Source of the DNA: an uncultured Pelagibacteraceae bacterium
GTDB lineage: Bacteria > Pseudomonadota > Alphaproteobacteria > Pelagibacterales > Pelagibacteraceae
DNA: 64,000 nt
Assembly: GCA_902589455.1 (NCBI GenBank)
Contig: CACISX010000004.1
Location: 6,445-70,444 of the forward strand
Direction: 5' to 3'
Part shown: positions 39,977-49,745 of the stretch, one piece after another
Position numbering within the stretch: position 1 is the first letter of the stretch
Layout of the letters: every line of letters begins with the position of its first letter
The notes under the pieces: generated by a model
Told to the model about the DNA's origin: nothing
The model's database searches: none
What the model saw: the letters and a program-made list of their open reading frames with translations, nothing else
Made by a program: the position numbers and the translations under genes

Positions 39977-41472
39977 ATTTTATTAGAAAGAAATATATTT
40001 CTATGACTATCATAGAGTTTCAATATAGAAATGTTAATATTTTTTTTGTCCACTCTTAAAGTTGGTGTTCTTGGAAATTTATCTACAAAAGTCCAATACC
40101 TAGGAATATAGTTTTTATTTAATTTTGTTTTGAAATAGTTTGATATTTTTTTAATTGATAAATTTTTATTTTTCTTTTTAATTATTAAGGCTACCATCTC
40201 TTCTTCACCAATATCAGCATCAGTAGACAAAATTGCTGATTCTGAAATATCTTTATGCAAATTTAAATTTGTTTCAATTTCCCAACATGAAATATTTTCA
40301 CCCTTTATTCTTACAGAATCTTTTTTTCTTCCAATAAAATAAAAATTTCCATACTTATCTTTTTTGGCAAGATCTCCTGTGTAAAAACCATTATTTTTGA
40401 ATGCTTTAATTGTTGATTTTTTATCACCATAATATCCTTTTGAAATTACATTTTTACTAATTTCTTTTATAAAGATTTCTCCTACGTTTTTTGATTTATT
40501 AATTAATTTAATTTTAAACCAAGGTAAAACTTTTCCTATAGAATTATTGATCCGATCAAAATTGATAGTTGTAAAACTTGAGGCTTCAGTCATTCCATAC
40601 ACTTCTCTCAAAGGAATCTTGAATCTTTTATTAAATATTTCGATTGTATTTTTTCTTGCTCCTGCTCCAAATCCAAGTTTAATATTATGTTTATGATCTG
40701 TTTTTTGCGATGGTTGTTTAACTAAAATATCTAATATACCACCTAAATAATGAAATTTTGAAATCTTGTATTTTCTAACTTGTTTCCAAAAATTTCTTGC
40801 AGAAAATTTTTTAACTAAAAATAATTGAGTCTTTTTTAATAATGAAATAATTAAAATTTCTAATCCACCGATATGATGCAAAGACTCCCATAATAAAAAT
40901 CTATCATTTGCTTTAACGTCACAAGCTAATCCAGTGGCATAAGCTGAGGTTATTAACATTTTATCACTTACTATAACTCCTTTTGGTGGCCCTGTTGTAC
41001 CTGAAGTAAATAAGATACAGGAAATGTTATTTGTATATTCTTTAACTTTTACTTTATCATCTACAAATTTGTCTTTTAAATTTTTAATCAATAAAATTTT
41101 TTTATTAAGTTTTTTTTTAATATTTATTTTTTTTTTGTTTTGAATAATTATCCTTTTTGGATTTATTAAATTTATAATATAATTTAAACCAATCCCTTTT
41201 CTTTCTTTTCCTAATGGCACCCAAATAATACCTAAACTCAAACATGATAAAATTAGAATAATCTGATCAATAGAATTATCCATTAAAGATAACAATTTAT
41301 CTTTTTTTTTAAATCCTAGGCTAACTAGTTTTTTTTTACATAATATAATTTGATGGTAAAGTTCTGCTCTTGAAATTTTTTGTTTATCAATAAAAATTGC
41401 AACTTTATCAGGTTCTTGAGTTTTAAGACTATAAATAATATCTTTTATAGAAATATTAGGTATCTTAAGCAT
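39973..41472 (-). CDS. AMP-dependent acyl-CoA ligase (CaiC/crotonobetaine-CoA ligase-like)
   Basis: ILFTSGTTGPPKGV, EVYGMTE, FYTGDL, GRKKDSVRIKGENIS.WEIE. Confidence 0.85.
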   Translation of the reverse strand: MLKIPNISIKDIIYSLKTQEPDKVAIFIDKQKISRAELYHQIILCKKKLVSLGFKKKDKLLSLMDNSIDQIILILSCLSLGIIWVPLGKERKGIGLNYIINLINPKRIIIQNKKKINIKKKLNKKILLIKNLKDKFVDDKVKVKEYTNNISCILFTSGTTGPPKGVIVSDKMLITSAYATGLACDVKANDRFLLWESLHHIGGLEILIISLLKKTQLFLVKKFSARNFWKQVRKYKISKFHYLGGILDILVKQPSQKTDHKHNIKLGFGAGARKNTIEIFNKRFKIPLREVYGMTEASSFTTINFDRINNSIGKVLPWFKIKLINKSKNVGEIFIKEISKNVISKGYYGDKKSTIKAFKNNGFYTGDLAKKDKYGNFYFIGRKKDSVRIKGENISCWEIETNLNLHKDISESAILSTDADIGEEEMVALIIKKKNKNLSIKKISNYFKTKLNKNYIPRYWTFVDKFPRTPTLRVDKKNINISILKLYDSHRNIFLSNKI

Positions 41473-41480
41473 TGCTTAAA

Positions 41481-42239
41481 CTATTTCTTTAAAAATTTTT
41501 TTGAAACTTTCTGTGGTTCTCCTGAATTGAAGGATTTTTTATGATAAATAATAGCAGATTTAAAGATTTCATTTAAATCAGCTTTAAATATTTGCCACAA
41601 TCTTCTTTTGGTTAAAGTCATTGCATTTGTCGGTTTTAAAGACAAATCTCTAGCAATTTTTATTGACTTTTTAAGTACATCTTTTTTATTTGTAAAATGA
41701 TGAATAATGCCCTTATTTTTTGCTTCTTCACCACTAACAAGCTTTCCTGTGAGGCAAAGCTCTACACAATTTGAAAAACCTAAAACTTTTTCTATTATCC
41801 ATGGCCCTATTATACTTACTACACCTGAGTTTATTTCAACTTGTCCAAATTTTGCATTTTTATGAGAAATCCTAATGTCTGTTAGCAAAGCTAATTGAAA
41901 ACCCGAACCAGCAGCAACTCCATTTATAGCTCCCACTATAGGTTTTTCAAAAGATCTAATACAGGAATATAATATTTTAAATTGGTTAATCCATTTAATT
42001 ACATCTTTATGAGTAAACTTACTCATTTCATGCAAATCTTGGCCGGAGCAAAAAGCTTTGGTTCCAGAGCCCGTTATAACTAGTGCTTTAATTTTTTTAT
42101 TATGTTTTTGTTTTTTAAAAATTTTAATTATTGTTGATCGCATGTCATAATCCCATGCATTTAATTTTTTTTCGTTCTTTAATATTATGATTCCAATATT
42201 TTTTTTAATTTGAAATTCAACAGTCTTTGTCTTTGACAT
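41481..42239 (-). CDS. Crotonase-superfamily enzyme resembling carboxymethylproline synthase CarB/ThnE
   Basis: AFCSGQDL oxyanion loop; KPIVGAINGVAAGSGFQ with Gln instead of the first hydratase Glu; single Glu in QVE; W83 and H233. Confidence 0.8.
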   Translation of the reverse strand: MSKTKTVEFQIKKNIGIIILKNEKKLNAWDYDMRSTIIKIFKKQKHNKKIKALVITGSGTKAFCSGQDLHEMSKFTHKDVIKWINQFKILYSCIRSFEKPIVGAINGVAAGSGFQLALLTDIRISHKNAKFGQVEINSGVVSIIGPWIIEKVLGFSNCVELCLTGKLVSGEEAKNKGIIHHFTNKKDVLKKSIKIARDLSLKPTNAMTLTKRRLWQIFKADLNEIFKSAIIYHKKSFNSGEPQKVSKKFLKK

Positions 42240-42249
42240 TTTTTATTTT

Positions 42250-43563
42250 TTAGCCCGCACCAGGACCTTTTATGGTGCTTGGCAAATAAGTGGCTAATTC
42301 TGGAAATGCTATCATTATAAAAACCATTACAACCATCATTAAAAACATTGGTAATGCAGATTTAGCTAAAAATAACATTTCATGCTTAGTCATTCCTTGA
42401 AGAACAAAGAGGTTAAACCCTACAGGAGGTGTTATTTGCGCCATCTCTACTAAAACTGTTAAATAAATACCAAACCAAATAACATCAATCCCTGCACTTC
42501 TTATCATTGGTTCCACTACAGCCATAGTAAGTACTATTGACGAAATTCCATCAAGAAAACATCCAAGAATAATATAGAAAACCATCAAATATAATAATAA
42601 TTCTATGTTTGTTAATCCAAGAGATGCGATCCACTCAGCAATAGACCTTGGCAATCCAGTGAAACCCATTGACATAGTTAAAAATGCACCACCTGCAAGA
42701 ATGAATGCAATCATGCATGAAGTTTTGGTTGCCCCAATTAAACTTGCAAAAAATGTTTTAAAATTTAACGAACCTTGTAAGGTTGCTAAAGACAAGGCGC
42801 CTACTACACCAAATGCTGCAGCTTCAGTCGGTGTTGCCCAACCCATGTACATTGAACCAATTACAAAAATAATAAGTGAAAAAATTGGAATTAAAAATTT
42901 CGAGCTTTTGATTTTTTCCATTATAGAAATTTGGGGATCTTTTGGAGGCATTTTTTTCTTATTTATTGTTGCCCAAACACCAACATATAACATGAAAAGT
43001 CCTGCTAAAACTAGACCAGGTAAAATTCCAGCCATAAATAGCTGAACAATAGACTCATTAATAGTCACCCCATAAACAATCAACGTTAAAGAAGGAGGTA
43101 TCATAAGCCCTAATGTGGCTGATCCTGCCAATGTTCCTATAGTTAAATTTTCAGGATAATTTCTTCTTCTTAATTCTGGAATTGACATTTTTCCAACCGT
43201 AGTAAGTGTTGCAGCTGATGAACCTGATACAGCGGCAAAAAAAGTAGATCCAACAATATTTGTATGCAAAAGTCTACCTGGAAGGTTATTCATCCATGGT
43301 GCCAAGCCTTTAAATAAATCTTCTGACAACCTTGTCCTATACAATATTTCACCCATCCATATAAATAGAGGTAATGCGGTCAGAGACCAACTCGAAGAAG
43401 TTGTCCATATAGTAGTGATCATTGCATCTCCAGCAGGTCGTACTGTAAATAATTCCATACCCACATATGCAACGCCCATCAATGCAAGACCTATCCAAAC
43501 ACCACTTCCTAACAGGAAAAAAAGGGTAAATAAAAATATTACTGTGAGATATAAATTTTCCAT
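42250..43563 (-). CDS. dctM: TRAP transporter large permease
   Basis: LTALPLFIWMGEIL, SGSSAAT, TLGLMIPPS, TPTEAAAFG, QITPPVGFNLFV. Confidence 0.92.
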   Translation of the reverse strand: MENLYLTVIFLFTLFFLLGSGVWIGLALMGVAYVGMELFTVRPAGDAMITTIWTTSSSWSLTALPLFIWMGEILYRTRLSEDLFKGLAPWMNNLPGRLLHTNIVGSTFFAAVSGSSAATLTTVGKMSIPELRRRNYPENLTIGTLAGSATLGLMIPPSLTLIVYGVTINESIVQLFMAGILPGLVLAGLFMLYVGVWATINKKKMPPKDPQISIMEKIKSSKFLIPIFSLIIFVIGSMYMGWATPTEAAAFGVVGALSLATLQGSLNFKTFFASLIGATKTSCMIAFILAGGAFLTMSMGFTGLPRSIAEWIASLGLTNIELLLYLMVFYIILGCFLDGISSIVLTMAVVEPMIRSAGIDVIWFGIYLTVLVEMAQITPPVGFNLFVLQGMTKHEMLFLAKSALPMFLMMVVMVFIMIAFPELATYLPSTIKGPGAG

Positions 43564-43566
43564 AAT

Positions 43567-44106
43567 TTATTCTTTATCAATTGATTTTTCGTCTTTTACT
43601 TTCCATGCTACTTCTAGATCCTCATATTTAAAAAAAATGGATTGATAGAATCTATCTAGAAAAGCAATTGCTAATATTAAAGTACCAATTACCATTACCA
43701 TTTGTGGGATCCACATGGGCCAAGCATCATCTTGTTGGGAAATATCGTTCAAAATATATGAAAAATGTGCACCTCTTGCAGAATAATAAAAAAAATATAT
43801 TGCCAGCAAAGAACCTATTCCATAACACCATCTTTCACCCCATTTTTTTTTATCTCCAAGTTTGTTTAATAAAATCCTAACTCTTATATGTCCATCTTGA
43901 TGAAGAGTATATGCCATTGCTAAAAAAGCTGATGCCGCCATAGAGTATCCTGCATATGCTGTGGCTCCCATAACAACAAAGCCTGTCCATCTAGCTATCA
44001 TCTGAATACAGATAATTACTAAAATACAAACTAAAAAAAATGAAGCTATATAAGCCGCTGATAAATATAATTTATCTAGGAAATTTCTAATAGGATGTTT
44101 TTTCAT
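43567..44106 (-). CDS. dctQ: TRAP transporter small permease
   Basis: 4 TM; GHIRV motif; P.WIPQ. Confidence 0.9.
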   Translation of the reverse strand: MKKHPIRNFLDKLYLSAAYIASFFLVCILVIICIQMIARWTGFVVMGATAYAGYSMAASAFLAMAYTLHQDGHIRVRILLNKLGDKKKWGERWCYGIGSLLAIYFFYYSARGAHFSYILNDISQQDDAWPMWIPQMVMVIGTLILAIAFLDRFYQSIFFKYEDLEVAWKVKDEKSIDKE

Positions 44107-44119
44107 ATTTTATACTAAA

Positions 44120-44149
44120 AATTGAGCCCAAATAATATTGGGCTCAATT
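44120..44149 (-). terminator. Stem-loop between dctP and dctQ
   Basis: Perfect 12-bp stem aattgagcccaa / ttgggctcaatt with a 6-nt loop; T-run on the minus strand. Confidence 0.75.
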
Positions 44150-44163
44150 AATCTTTATACTAA

Positions 44164-45141
44164 TTATTCAGATTTAAAGCCGTCGATAATTTTCTTACCA
44201 ACAGAACCTGCGTTAGAAATCCATTCATCAGACATTGTTTTACCAATGCTTTCTAAATCTGTTCTTAGTTGACCTTGTGCTTTAGTAACAGTCATACCAT
44301 TTGCAGCTAATTGAGTAAGATACCAACCAGAAAGTTGTTCTGATCTAGCAGTACCTGCAGCTTCAGCCATTTTTGCTACACCCATTATGATATTTCTATT
44401 TTTTTCACTTAATTTATTCCAAGTTTTTTTGTTAACCATAACGTAGTTTCTTGGAAGCCAAGCATTTACTTCATAGAAATGTGATAAATGTTCCCAAACT
44501 TTTCTATCATAACCTGTGGCACCAGATGAAACAAATGAAGAAGCAACACCAGTTGCTAAAGCTTGAGATAATTCAGCTGCTTCAACTTGAACTGGCAACA
44601 TACCCATTAACTCAGCTATTCTAGCTGTTGAATTGTTATAAGATCTAAATTTGATACCTTTGGTATCAGCCACAGAATTGATTTCTTTATTGAAATACAA
44701 ACCTTGTGACGGCCAAGGTACTCCGTAAAGAAGAACTAAACCTTGTTTATCTAAGATTTTTTCAAGCTCAGGTCTCAAATGCTTCCATAATTTATCAGAA
44801 TCAGCATATGAGGTTGCTAAAAAAGGAATTGAATCTGTACCAAAAATTAAACTTTCATTTTGGTGTCCAGATAACAATCTTTCTCCGATTGGTACTTGTC
44901 CAGTTTGAATGGCTTTTTTAATTTCACCACCTTTAAAAAGTGATCCACCAGCGTGAACTGTAATATCTATTTCACCTCCAGTAGCTATTCTTACTGCATC
45001 AGCAAACATTACTCCATTTTGACTATGAAAGTTTGTTGCTGAATAGGCCATAGGCATATCCCATTTTTCAACTGCATTAGATGTAGAAGTTAAAAATAGA
45101 GATAAAACTATAGCTGAAAAAATGTTTATTATTTTTTTCAT
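44164..45141 (-). CDS. dctP: TRAP transporter substrate-binding protein
   Basis: Signal peptide; WDMPMAY...NFH, H.GGSLFKG.EI, DSIPFLATSY, KFRSYN; strong RBS aggaggg. Confidence 0.9.
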   Translation of the reverse strand: MKKIINIFSAIVLSLFLTSTSNAVEKWDMPMAYSATNFHSQNGVMFADAVRIATGGEIDITVHAGGSLFKGGEIKKAIQTGQVPIGERLLSGHQNESLIFGTDSIPFLATSYADSDKLWKHLRPELEKILDKQGLVLLYGVPWPSQGLYFNKEINSVADTKGIKFRSYNNSTARIAELMGMLPVQVEAAELSQALATGVASSFVSSGATGYDRKVWEHLSHFYEVNAWLPRNYVMVNKKTWNKLSEKNRNIIMGVAKMAEAAGTARSEQLSGWYLTQLAANGMTVTKAQGQLRTDLESIGKTMSDEWISNAGSVGKKIIDGFKSE

Positions 45142-45209
45142 TTTGTTTCCCTCCTAAGTATTTAAAGATAGATTTGAACAGAATTTATATAAAATTTCAA
45201 TGATAAATT

Positions 45210-46445
45210 CTACCTACTAGGGTTGAAAGATTCTATATCTAATTTTTCATTATCTCTTAAAATCGTTTTTGAAAGTATTTTTCCTGTTTTAGGACCACCT
45301 GTTAAACCAATATGATGGTGTCCATAACCAAAATGAATTTTTTTGTTGACAGATGAACTTCCTATTACAGGTAAACTATCAACGGTGGATGGTCTATGTC
45401 CTGACCATTCTTGCTTAGTTTTAAATTTAATTCCTGGAAACATAGATTTTGCATTTCTCATTAATAATTCAAAAGCTTTAGGATTTGGATTTGAATTTAA
45501 ACTTCCAAATTCAACTAAGCCTGCAAACCTTATTCCTTTAGGTCTTGGTGTAATTGCTAATTTTAAATAACCATTCATAACTGGATATTTTAGATTTATA
45601 TCTGTTTCATAAAGTTCGAGATGATAACCTCTTTCAGATTGAATAGGAACTTTAACACCAAATTTCTTTGCAAATTTATCTGAATACACACCAGAAGAAA
45701 TTATAATATCTTCTACTAGAACACTTTTTTCTCTTCCTACAACTTGAACCAAATCTTCTTTTTCCGAAATATCAAGAACTTCATCTTGAATTAATTTTCC
45801 GCCTAATGATTTAAATCCATCTAACAAATCATCTAAATAGTTTTGGCTATTAGAAATATATCCTAAGTTATCAATTTTTATTGCAAACTTATATTCTGAT
45901 GAAAGACCAGGTACTAAAGATTTTAACTCTTCCTGTTCAACTTCAATTAATTTAAATCCATGCTTTTTTCTTAAAGACCAAGTATATTCATCATTAATAA
46001 AATCATTTTTATTTTTATAAATAAATAAAAAAGGACTATCCTCAATCCATTTTGTAGCATTTGTCCCCTCTGCTAATTGTTTGTGTTCATTTACACTATC
46101 TTTTAAGAGATATGCTAAATTTTTTGAGATATGTTCTACTTTATTTTTACTTGCATAAGTAAGATATTTCAAAAGAAAGGGAATAATTTTTATAAATCCA
46201 GGAAATCTCAAAAACAATGGCCCATCTTTTGAAAATAAAAGTTTTGGAATTTTTTTAACCATTCCTGGCATTAGCACAGGAGTAATAGATGGACTTGATA
46301 ACCATGAAGCATTGCCATACGAAGCTGGTTTACCTTTAAAATCTTTATCTATTAAGGTTACATCGCACCCTCTTTTTGCTAAATAAATTCCACTAGATAT
46401 TCCTACAATTCCTGCACCAACTATTGCAATTTTTTTTCTTTTCAT
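45210..46445 (-). CDS. D-amino-acid dehydrogenase (DadA/DAO)-like flavoprotein
   Basis: GAGIVG, ASYGNA, ERGYH, W.GHRPSTVDSLPVIG, GHHHIGLTGGPKTG. Start ATG 46445 overlaps the upstream stop. Confidence 0.85.
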   Translation of the reverse strand: MKRKKIAIVGAGIVGISSGIYLAKRGCDVTLIDKDFKGKPASYGNASWLSSPSITPVLMPGMVKKIPKLLFSKDGPLFLRFPGFIKIIPFLLKYLTYASKNKVEHISKNLAYLLKDSVNEHKQLAEGTNATKWIEDSPFLFIYKNKNDFINDEYTWSLRKKHGFKLIEVEQEELKSLVPGLSSEYKFAIKIDNLGYISNSQNYLDDLLDGFKSLGGKLIQDEVLDISEKEDLVQVVGREKSVLVEDIIISSGVYSDKFAKKFGVKVPIQSERGYHLELYETDINLKYPVMNGYLKLAITPRPKGIRFAGLVEFGSLNSNPNPKAFELLMRNAKSMFPGIKFKTKQEWSGHRPSTVDSLPVIGSSSVNKKIHFGYGHHHIGLTGGPKTGKILSKTILRDNEKLDIESFNPSR

Positions 46446-48139
46446 TAAGCGATCCACTCACTTACTGGAGCCTTCGCGTCTTGAAGTGGTTGACTAATTA
46501 TATCTATTAAACAAGGACCTTTTTTATAATTTAAAGCTTCTTTAATTGTTTTGTTAAGATCAATTGGTTTTTCAACTTTCCAGGTTTTGAGACCAAATGC
46601 TGAAGCAACTTTTGAATGATCTGTTCTTGTAAAATCAACAGAAAAATATCTTTTATCAAATTTTGTTTTTTGGCCAGCCTTTATCCATCCATAAACACTA
46701 TTTGAAATAACAATAAATATAATTGGCAATTTTAATCTTATTGCAGTTTCTAATTCTCCCACCGCAAAACCAAAACTTCCGTCTCCCATAACCGATACTA
46801 CTCTGTTTTTAGGTTTTCCAACCTGTACCCCAATTGCAGCAGGCAATGCATATCCTAAAGCACCATGAGCGCGGTTGGTTAAAAAATATCTTCCTGGTTT
46901 TTTAAAGTTATAATAAGCAGCAAAATAAGGACAAGGAGTACCTGGATCTACAACTATATAAGTATTAACTGGAAGTACATTGTTTAATTCTTTTACAATT
47001 CTTTCAGGCTTTATTAATCCACTGTTTTCTTCAGATAGCTTATTGAAATCTTTAAACTTTTTTTTCTTTACCTCCTTAACTATTTTGTCTCCTTTAAAAT
47101 TTTTTTTAATCACGTGCTTATTTAAAATTTTTAAAGTTTCTTTAATTTCAGCGACTAAAGATATATGTGATTTATAATTAGAATTTATTACATTGGGATC
47201 TATATCTACATGAACAATTTTCTTATCTTTAGATGGGTATTGCCATTTTTCAGTAGTTACGGAACCCGCTCTACAACCAAAAAATATTATTAAATCTGAT
47301 TTTTTTAAATATTCTCGAGTAAATAAAGATCCACCATTACTTCCAACAACTCCTAAATTATTTGAATGGTTATCTGAAAGTGTTCCTTTACCTGTAACCG
47401 TTGTTGCCAGAACAATGTTTAATTTTTCAACAAATTTTTTTAATTCGTTTTCAGCAAAAGCATTTTTTATAGCACCTCCTACAATAATTATTGGATTTTT
47501 TGAATTATAAATAGATTTCAATATTTGTTTAACTTTAAGAATATTTGGTTTTTTTGGATTTGAAGGAAAAGATGAATGGCTTTTATCAGCCCATATATCT
47601 TTTTCTGGAACTTCTGAAGTTTGAATATCAAATGGAAAACAAATATGACAAGCTCCAGGTTTTCCTGTGGTGCTTTCTTTAAATGCTCTTCGAATATTAT
47701 CTGCTAGCTTAGATGATTTATTAATCACAGTATTCCACTTTGTAAGTGGCTTAAATAATTCTTTTTGATTTAATTCAGTTAATGGAAAATGACCAACAGA
47801 TGTAGTTGGAACATCTGTAGTAAATGAAATTAAACCTATTGAGGACTCATTAGCTTCCACTACACCAGGTAAAATATAAGTGGCTCCACCACCACTTGGT
47901 CCTTCACATATTCCTACTTTGCCTGTTACTCTGGCATATGCATCAGCCATATATGCTGCACTTCTCTCGTCTCTTGTTAAAATATGTTTTATTGAGTGAT
48001 TTAATCTATGTAAAGCATCGTAAAATGGAAGTGATGTATCTCCACAAAGTCCAAAAATATGCTCAACTTTATGAAGATCTAAAAGTTTTACTGTAGCCTC
48101 AGCTCCATTTAAATAATTTCTTTTAATCTCAGAGGACAT
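46445..48139 (-). CDS. Thiamine-diphosphate-dependent enzyme (acetolactate synthase-like family, function unknown)
   Basis: RDERSAAYMADAYAR, GPSGGGAT, GALGY.LPAAIG, ThDP motif GDGSFG...N; no ilvH partner. Confidence 0.85.
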   Translation of the reverse strand: MSSEIKRNYLNGAEATVKLLDLHKVEHIFGLCGDTSLPFYDALHRLNHSIKHILTRDERSAAYMADAYARVTGKVGICEGPSGGGATYILPGVVEANESSIGLISFTTDVPTTSVGHFPLTELNQKELFKPLTKWNTVINKSSKLADNIRRAFKESTTGKPGACHICFPFDIQTSEVPEKDIWADKSHSSFPSNPKKPNILKVKQILKSIYNSKNPIIIVGGAIKNAFAENELKKFVEKLNIVLATTVTGKGTLSDNHSNNLGVVGSNGGSLFTREYLKKSDLIIFFGCRAGSVTTEKWQYPSKDKKIVHVDIDPNVINSNYKSHISLVAEIKETLKILNKHVIKKNFKGDKIVKEVKKKKFKDFNKLSEENSGLIKPERIVKELNNVLPVNTYIVVDPGTPCPYFAAYYNFKKPGRYFLTNRAHGALGYALPAAIGVQVGKPKNRVVSVMGDGSFGFAVGELETAIRLKLPIIFIVISNSVYGWIKAGQKTKFDKRYFSVDFTRTDHSKVASAFGLKTWKVEKPIDLNKTIKEALNYKKGPCLIDIISQPLQDAKAPVSEWIA

Positions 48140-48219
48140 GCTAATTTATAATATTGAATATTGATAACTGTCAAATTTATTAACTTGTTTGAGAATGAAT
48201 TTAACAGTAGGATTAAATT

Positions 48220-48993
48220 ATGAGTGACAATAAACAGTTAGGACACAACAGAAAAAGTATAGCTGTTGGTGGAAAAACTGTATATGGAGGTACAGTTGGA
48301 GTTTGCATGCTTGACACACAATTTCCAAGAATACATGGAGATATTGCTAATGCAAGAACCTGGAGTGTTCCAGTACATTATAGGGTAGTTCCGGGATCTA
48401 CGCCTAAAGCTGCTGTTTATGAAAAAGGAAAAGATATATTGGATGGATTTATTGATGCTGCTAAAGAATTAGTAAGAATGGGTGCTGATGGAATTACTAC
48501 AAACTGTGGCTTCTTATCCTTATTTCAAGAAAAAATGGCAGAAGCAGTAAATGTTCCCGTTGCCACTTCTTCTTTAATGCAAACACAAATGGTTCAAAGT
48601 TTATTGCCAAAAACAAAAAAAGTAGGAATTTTAACAATTCATAAACCATCTCTTACTAAGGAACATTTAAAAGCTGCTAATGTTCCTTTAGATACACCAA
48701 TCATAGGAACAGAAAATGGAAAAGAATTTACTAGGGTCATCCTAAATGATGAAATGGAAATGGATATAGAACAAGCACGGCAAGACCATTTAGATGCAGC
48801 CGAGGAATTAATGACTAAAAACAATAATATTGGAGCCATTGTCATGGAATGTACAAACATGAGCCCTTTTGCAGCAGATATAAGAAAAAAATTTCAAGTG
48901 CCTGTATTTAACATTTATACATTTGTAGAATGGTTTCAATCTGGCTTATTGCCTGCAAGATTTAATCCAGATCATGATGATCCCAGAAAGTAA
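48220..48993 (+). CDS. Asp/Glu/hydantoin racemase family protein
   Basis: FPRIHGDIANA; two catalytic-type Cys motifs TTNCGF and MECTNM. Confidence 0.82.
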   Translation: MSDNKQLGHNRKSIAVGGKTVYGGTVGVCMLDTQFPRIHGDIANARTWSVPVHYRVVPGSTPKAAVYEKGKDILDGFIDAAKELVRMGADGITTNCGFLSLFQEKMAEAVNVPVATSSLMQTQMVQSLLPKTKKVGILTIHKPSLTKEHLKAANVPLDTPIIGTENGKEFTRVILNDEMEMDIEQARQDHLDAAEELMTKNNNIGAIVMECTNMSPFAADIRKKFQVPVFNIYTFVEWFQSGLLPARFNPDHDDPRK

Positions 48994-48995
48994 AT

Positions 48996-49745
48996 GTGTC
49001 AAATGTATTAATTTATTTTTCTTCATTTGAATTTTACTTTTTTGTACTCTTTTTAATAATCATTGGTGCAATAACACAAAGTGCTATTGGAATAGGTTTT
49101 GGAATTCCTGCATGTTTTTTAGTTTTATTAGAGCCCTCAATGGTACCTAGTTGTATTGTTTTAATGGGATCGTTTTTGGCATTTAGTAACGCTATGTTGA
49201 GTTTTAAAGATATAATTAAAGTTGACTTAATTTATGCATATATTGGTAGAATAATTGGTTCTCTTTTAGCTATGCCGTTAATTTTTTTTACACTTGGTAC
49301 AAAAAATTATTTAATAATTTTTGGTGTATTGCTTTTAATGGCAACTTATATGAGTATAAAAAAATGGTATATTATTGCTAATAAAAAAAATATTACTATT
49401 GCAGGTACAGCATCTGGTTTAATGGGAACCTTAATAGGTATTGGTGGTCCACCTATGGCTATTGTTTATCAAAATAGTGCTGCAAGAAAAGTAGTCGCTA
49501 CTTTGAATATGTTTTTTGGGATCGGTGCATTGTTTTCAGTAATATTATTTGTCTACTTTGATATAATAAATATTCCTGAAGTTATGAAGTCAATATACTT
49601 AGCTCCTGCATTAATAATTGGAACCTACATAGGAAGAAGAAAATTCATAAGAGAATTTGTTGATAGAAATTTAAAAAATCTAATTGTTATAGTATGTTTT
49701 GTAAGTGCTATTGTAATTATTTTAGATGCATTTATGACAACTTAG
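48996..49745 (+). CDS. TauE/SafE (sulfite exporter) family membrane protein
   Basis: QSAIGIGFG and SG.MGTLIGIGGPP repeats; about 8 TM. Confidence 0.8.
   Translation: MSNVLIYFSSFEFYFFVLFLIIIGAITQSAIGIGFGIPACFLVLLEPSMVPSCIVLMGSFLAFSNAMLSFKDIIKVDLIYAYIGRIIGSLLAMPLIFFTLGTKNYLIIFGVLLLMATYMSIKKWYIIANKKNITIAGTASGLMGTLIGIGGPPMAIVYQNSAARKVVATLNMFFGIGALFSVILFVYFDIINIPEVMKSIYLAPALIIGTYIGRRKFIREFVDRNLKNLIVIVCFVSAIVIILDAFMTT

Noticed and set aside
6537-42239. AsnB-family gene + 2OG dioxygenase + CarB-like enzyme read as a dispersed carbapenem (carABC) pathway
   Set aside because: The genes are ~30 kb apart. The AsnB keeps the N-terminal Cys glutaminase nucleophile that beta-lactam synthetases lack, and the dioxygenase is PhyH-type, not CarC/TauD-type.
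46445-48139. Calling the ThDP enzyme ilvB/ilvI or xsc
   Set aside because: There is no regulatory subunit or ilv context, and no pta or taurine genes. The motifs support only family-level assignment.
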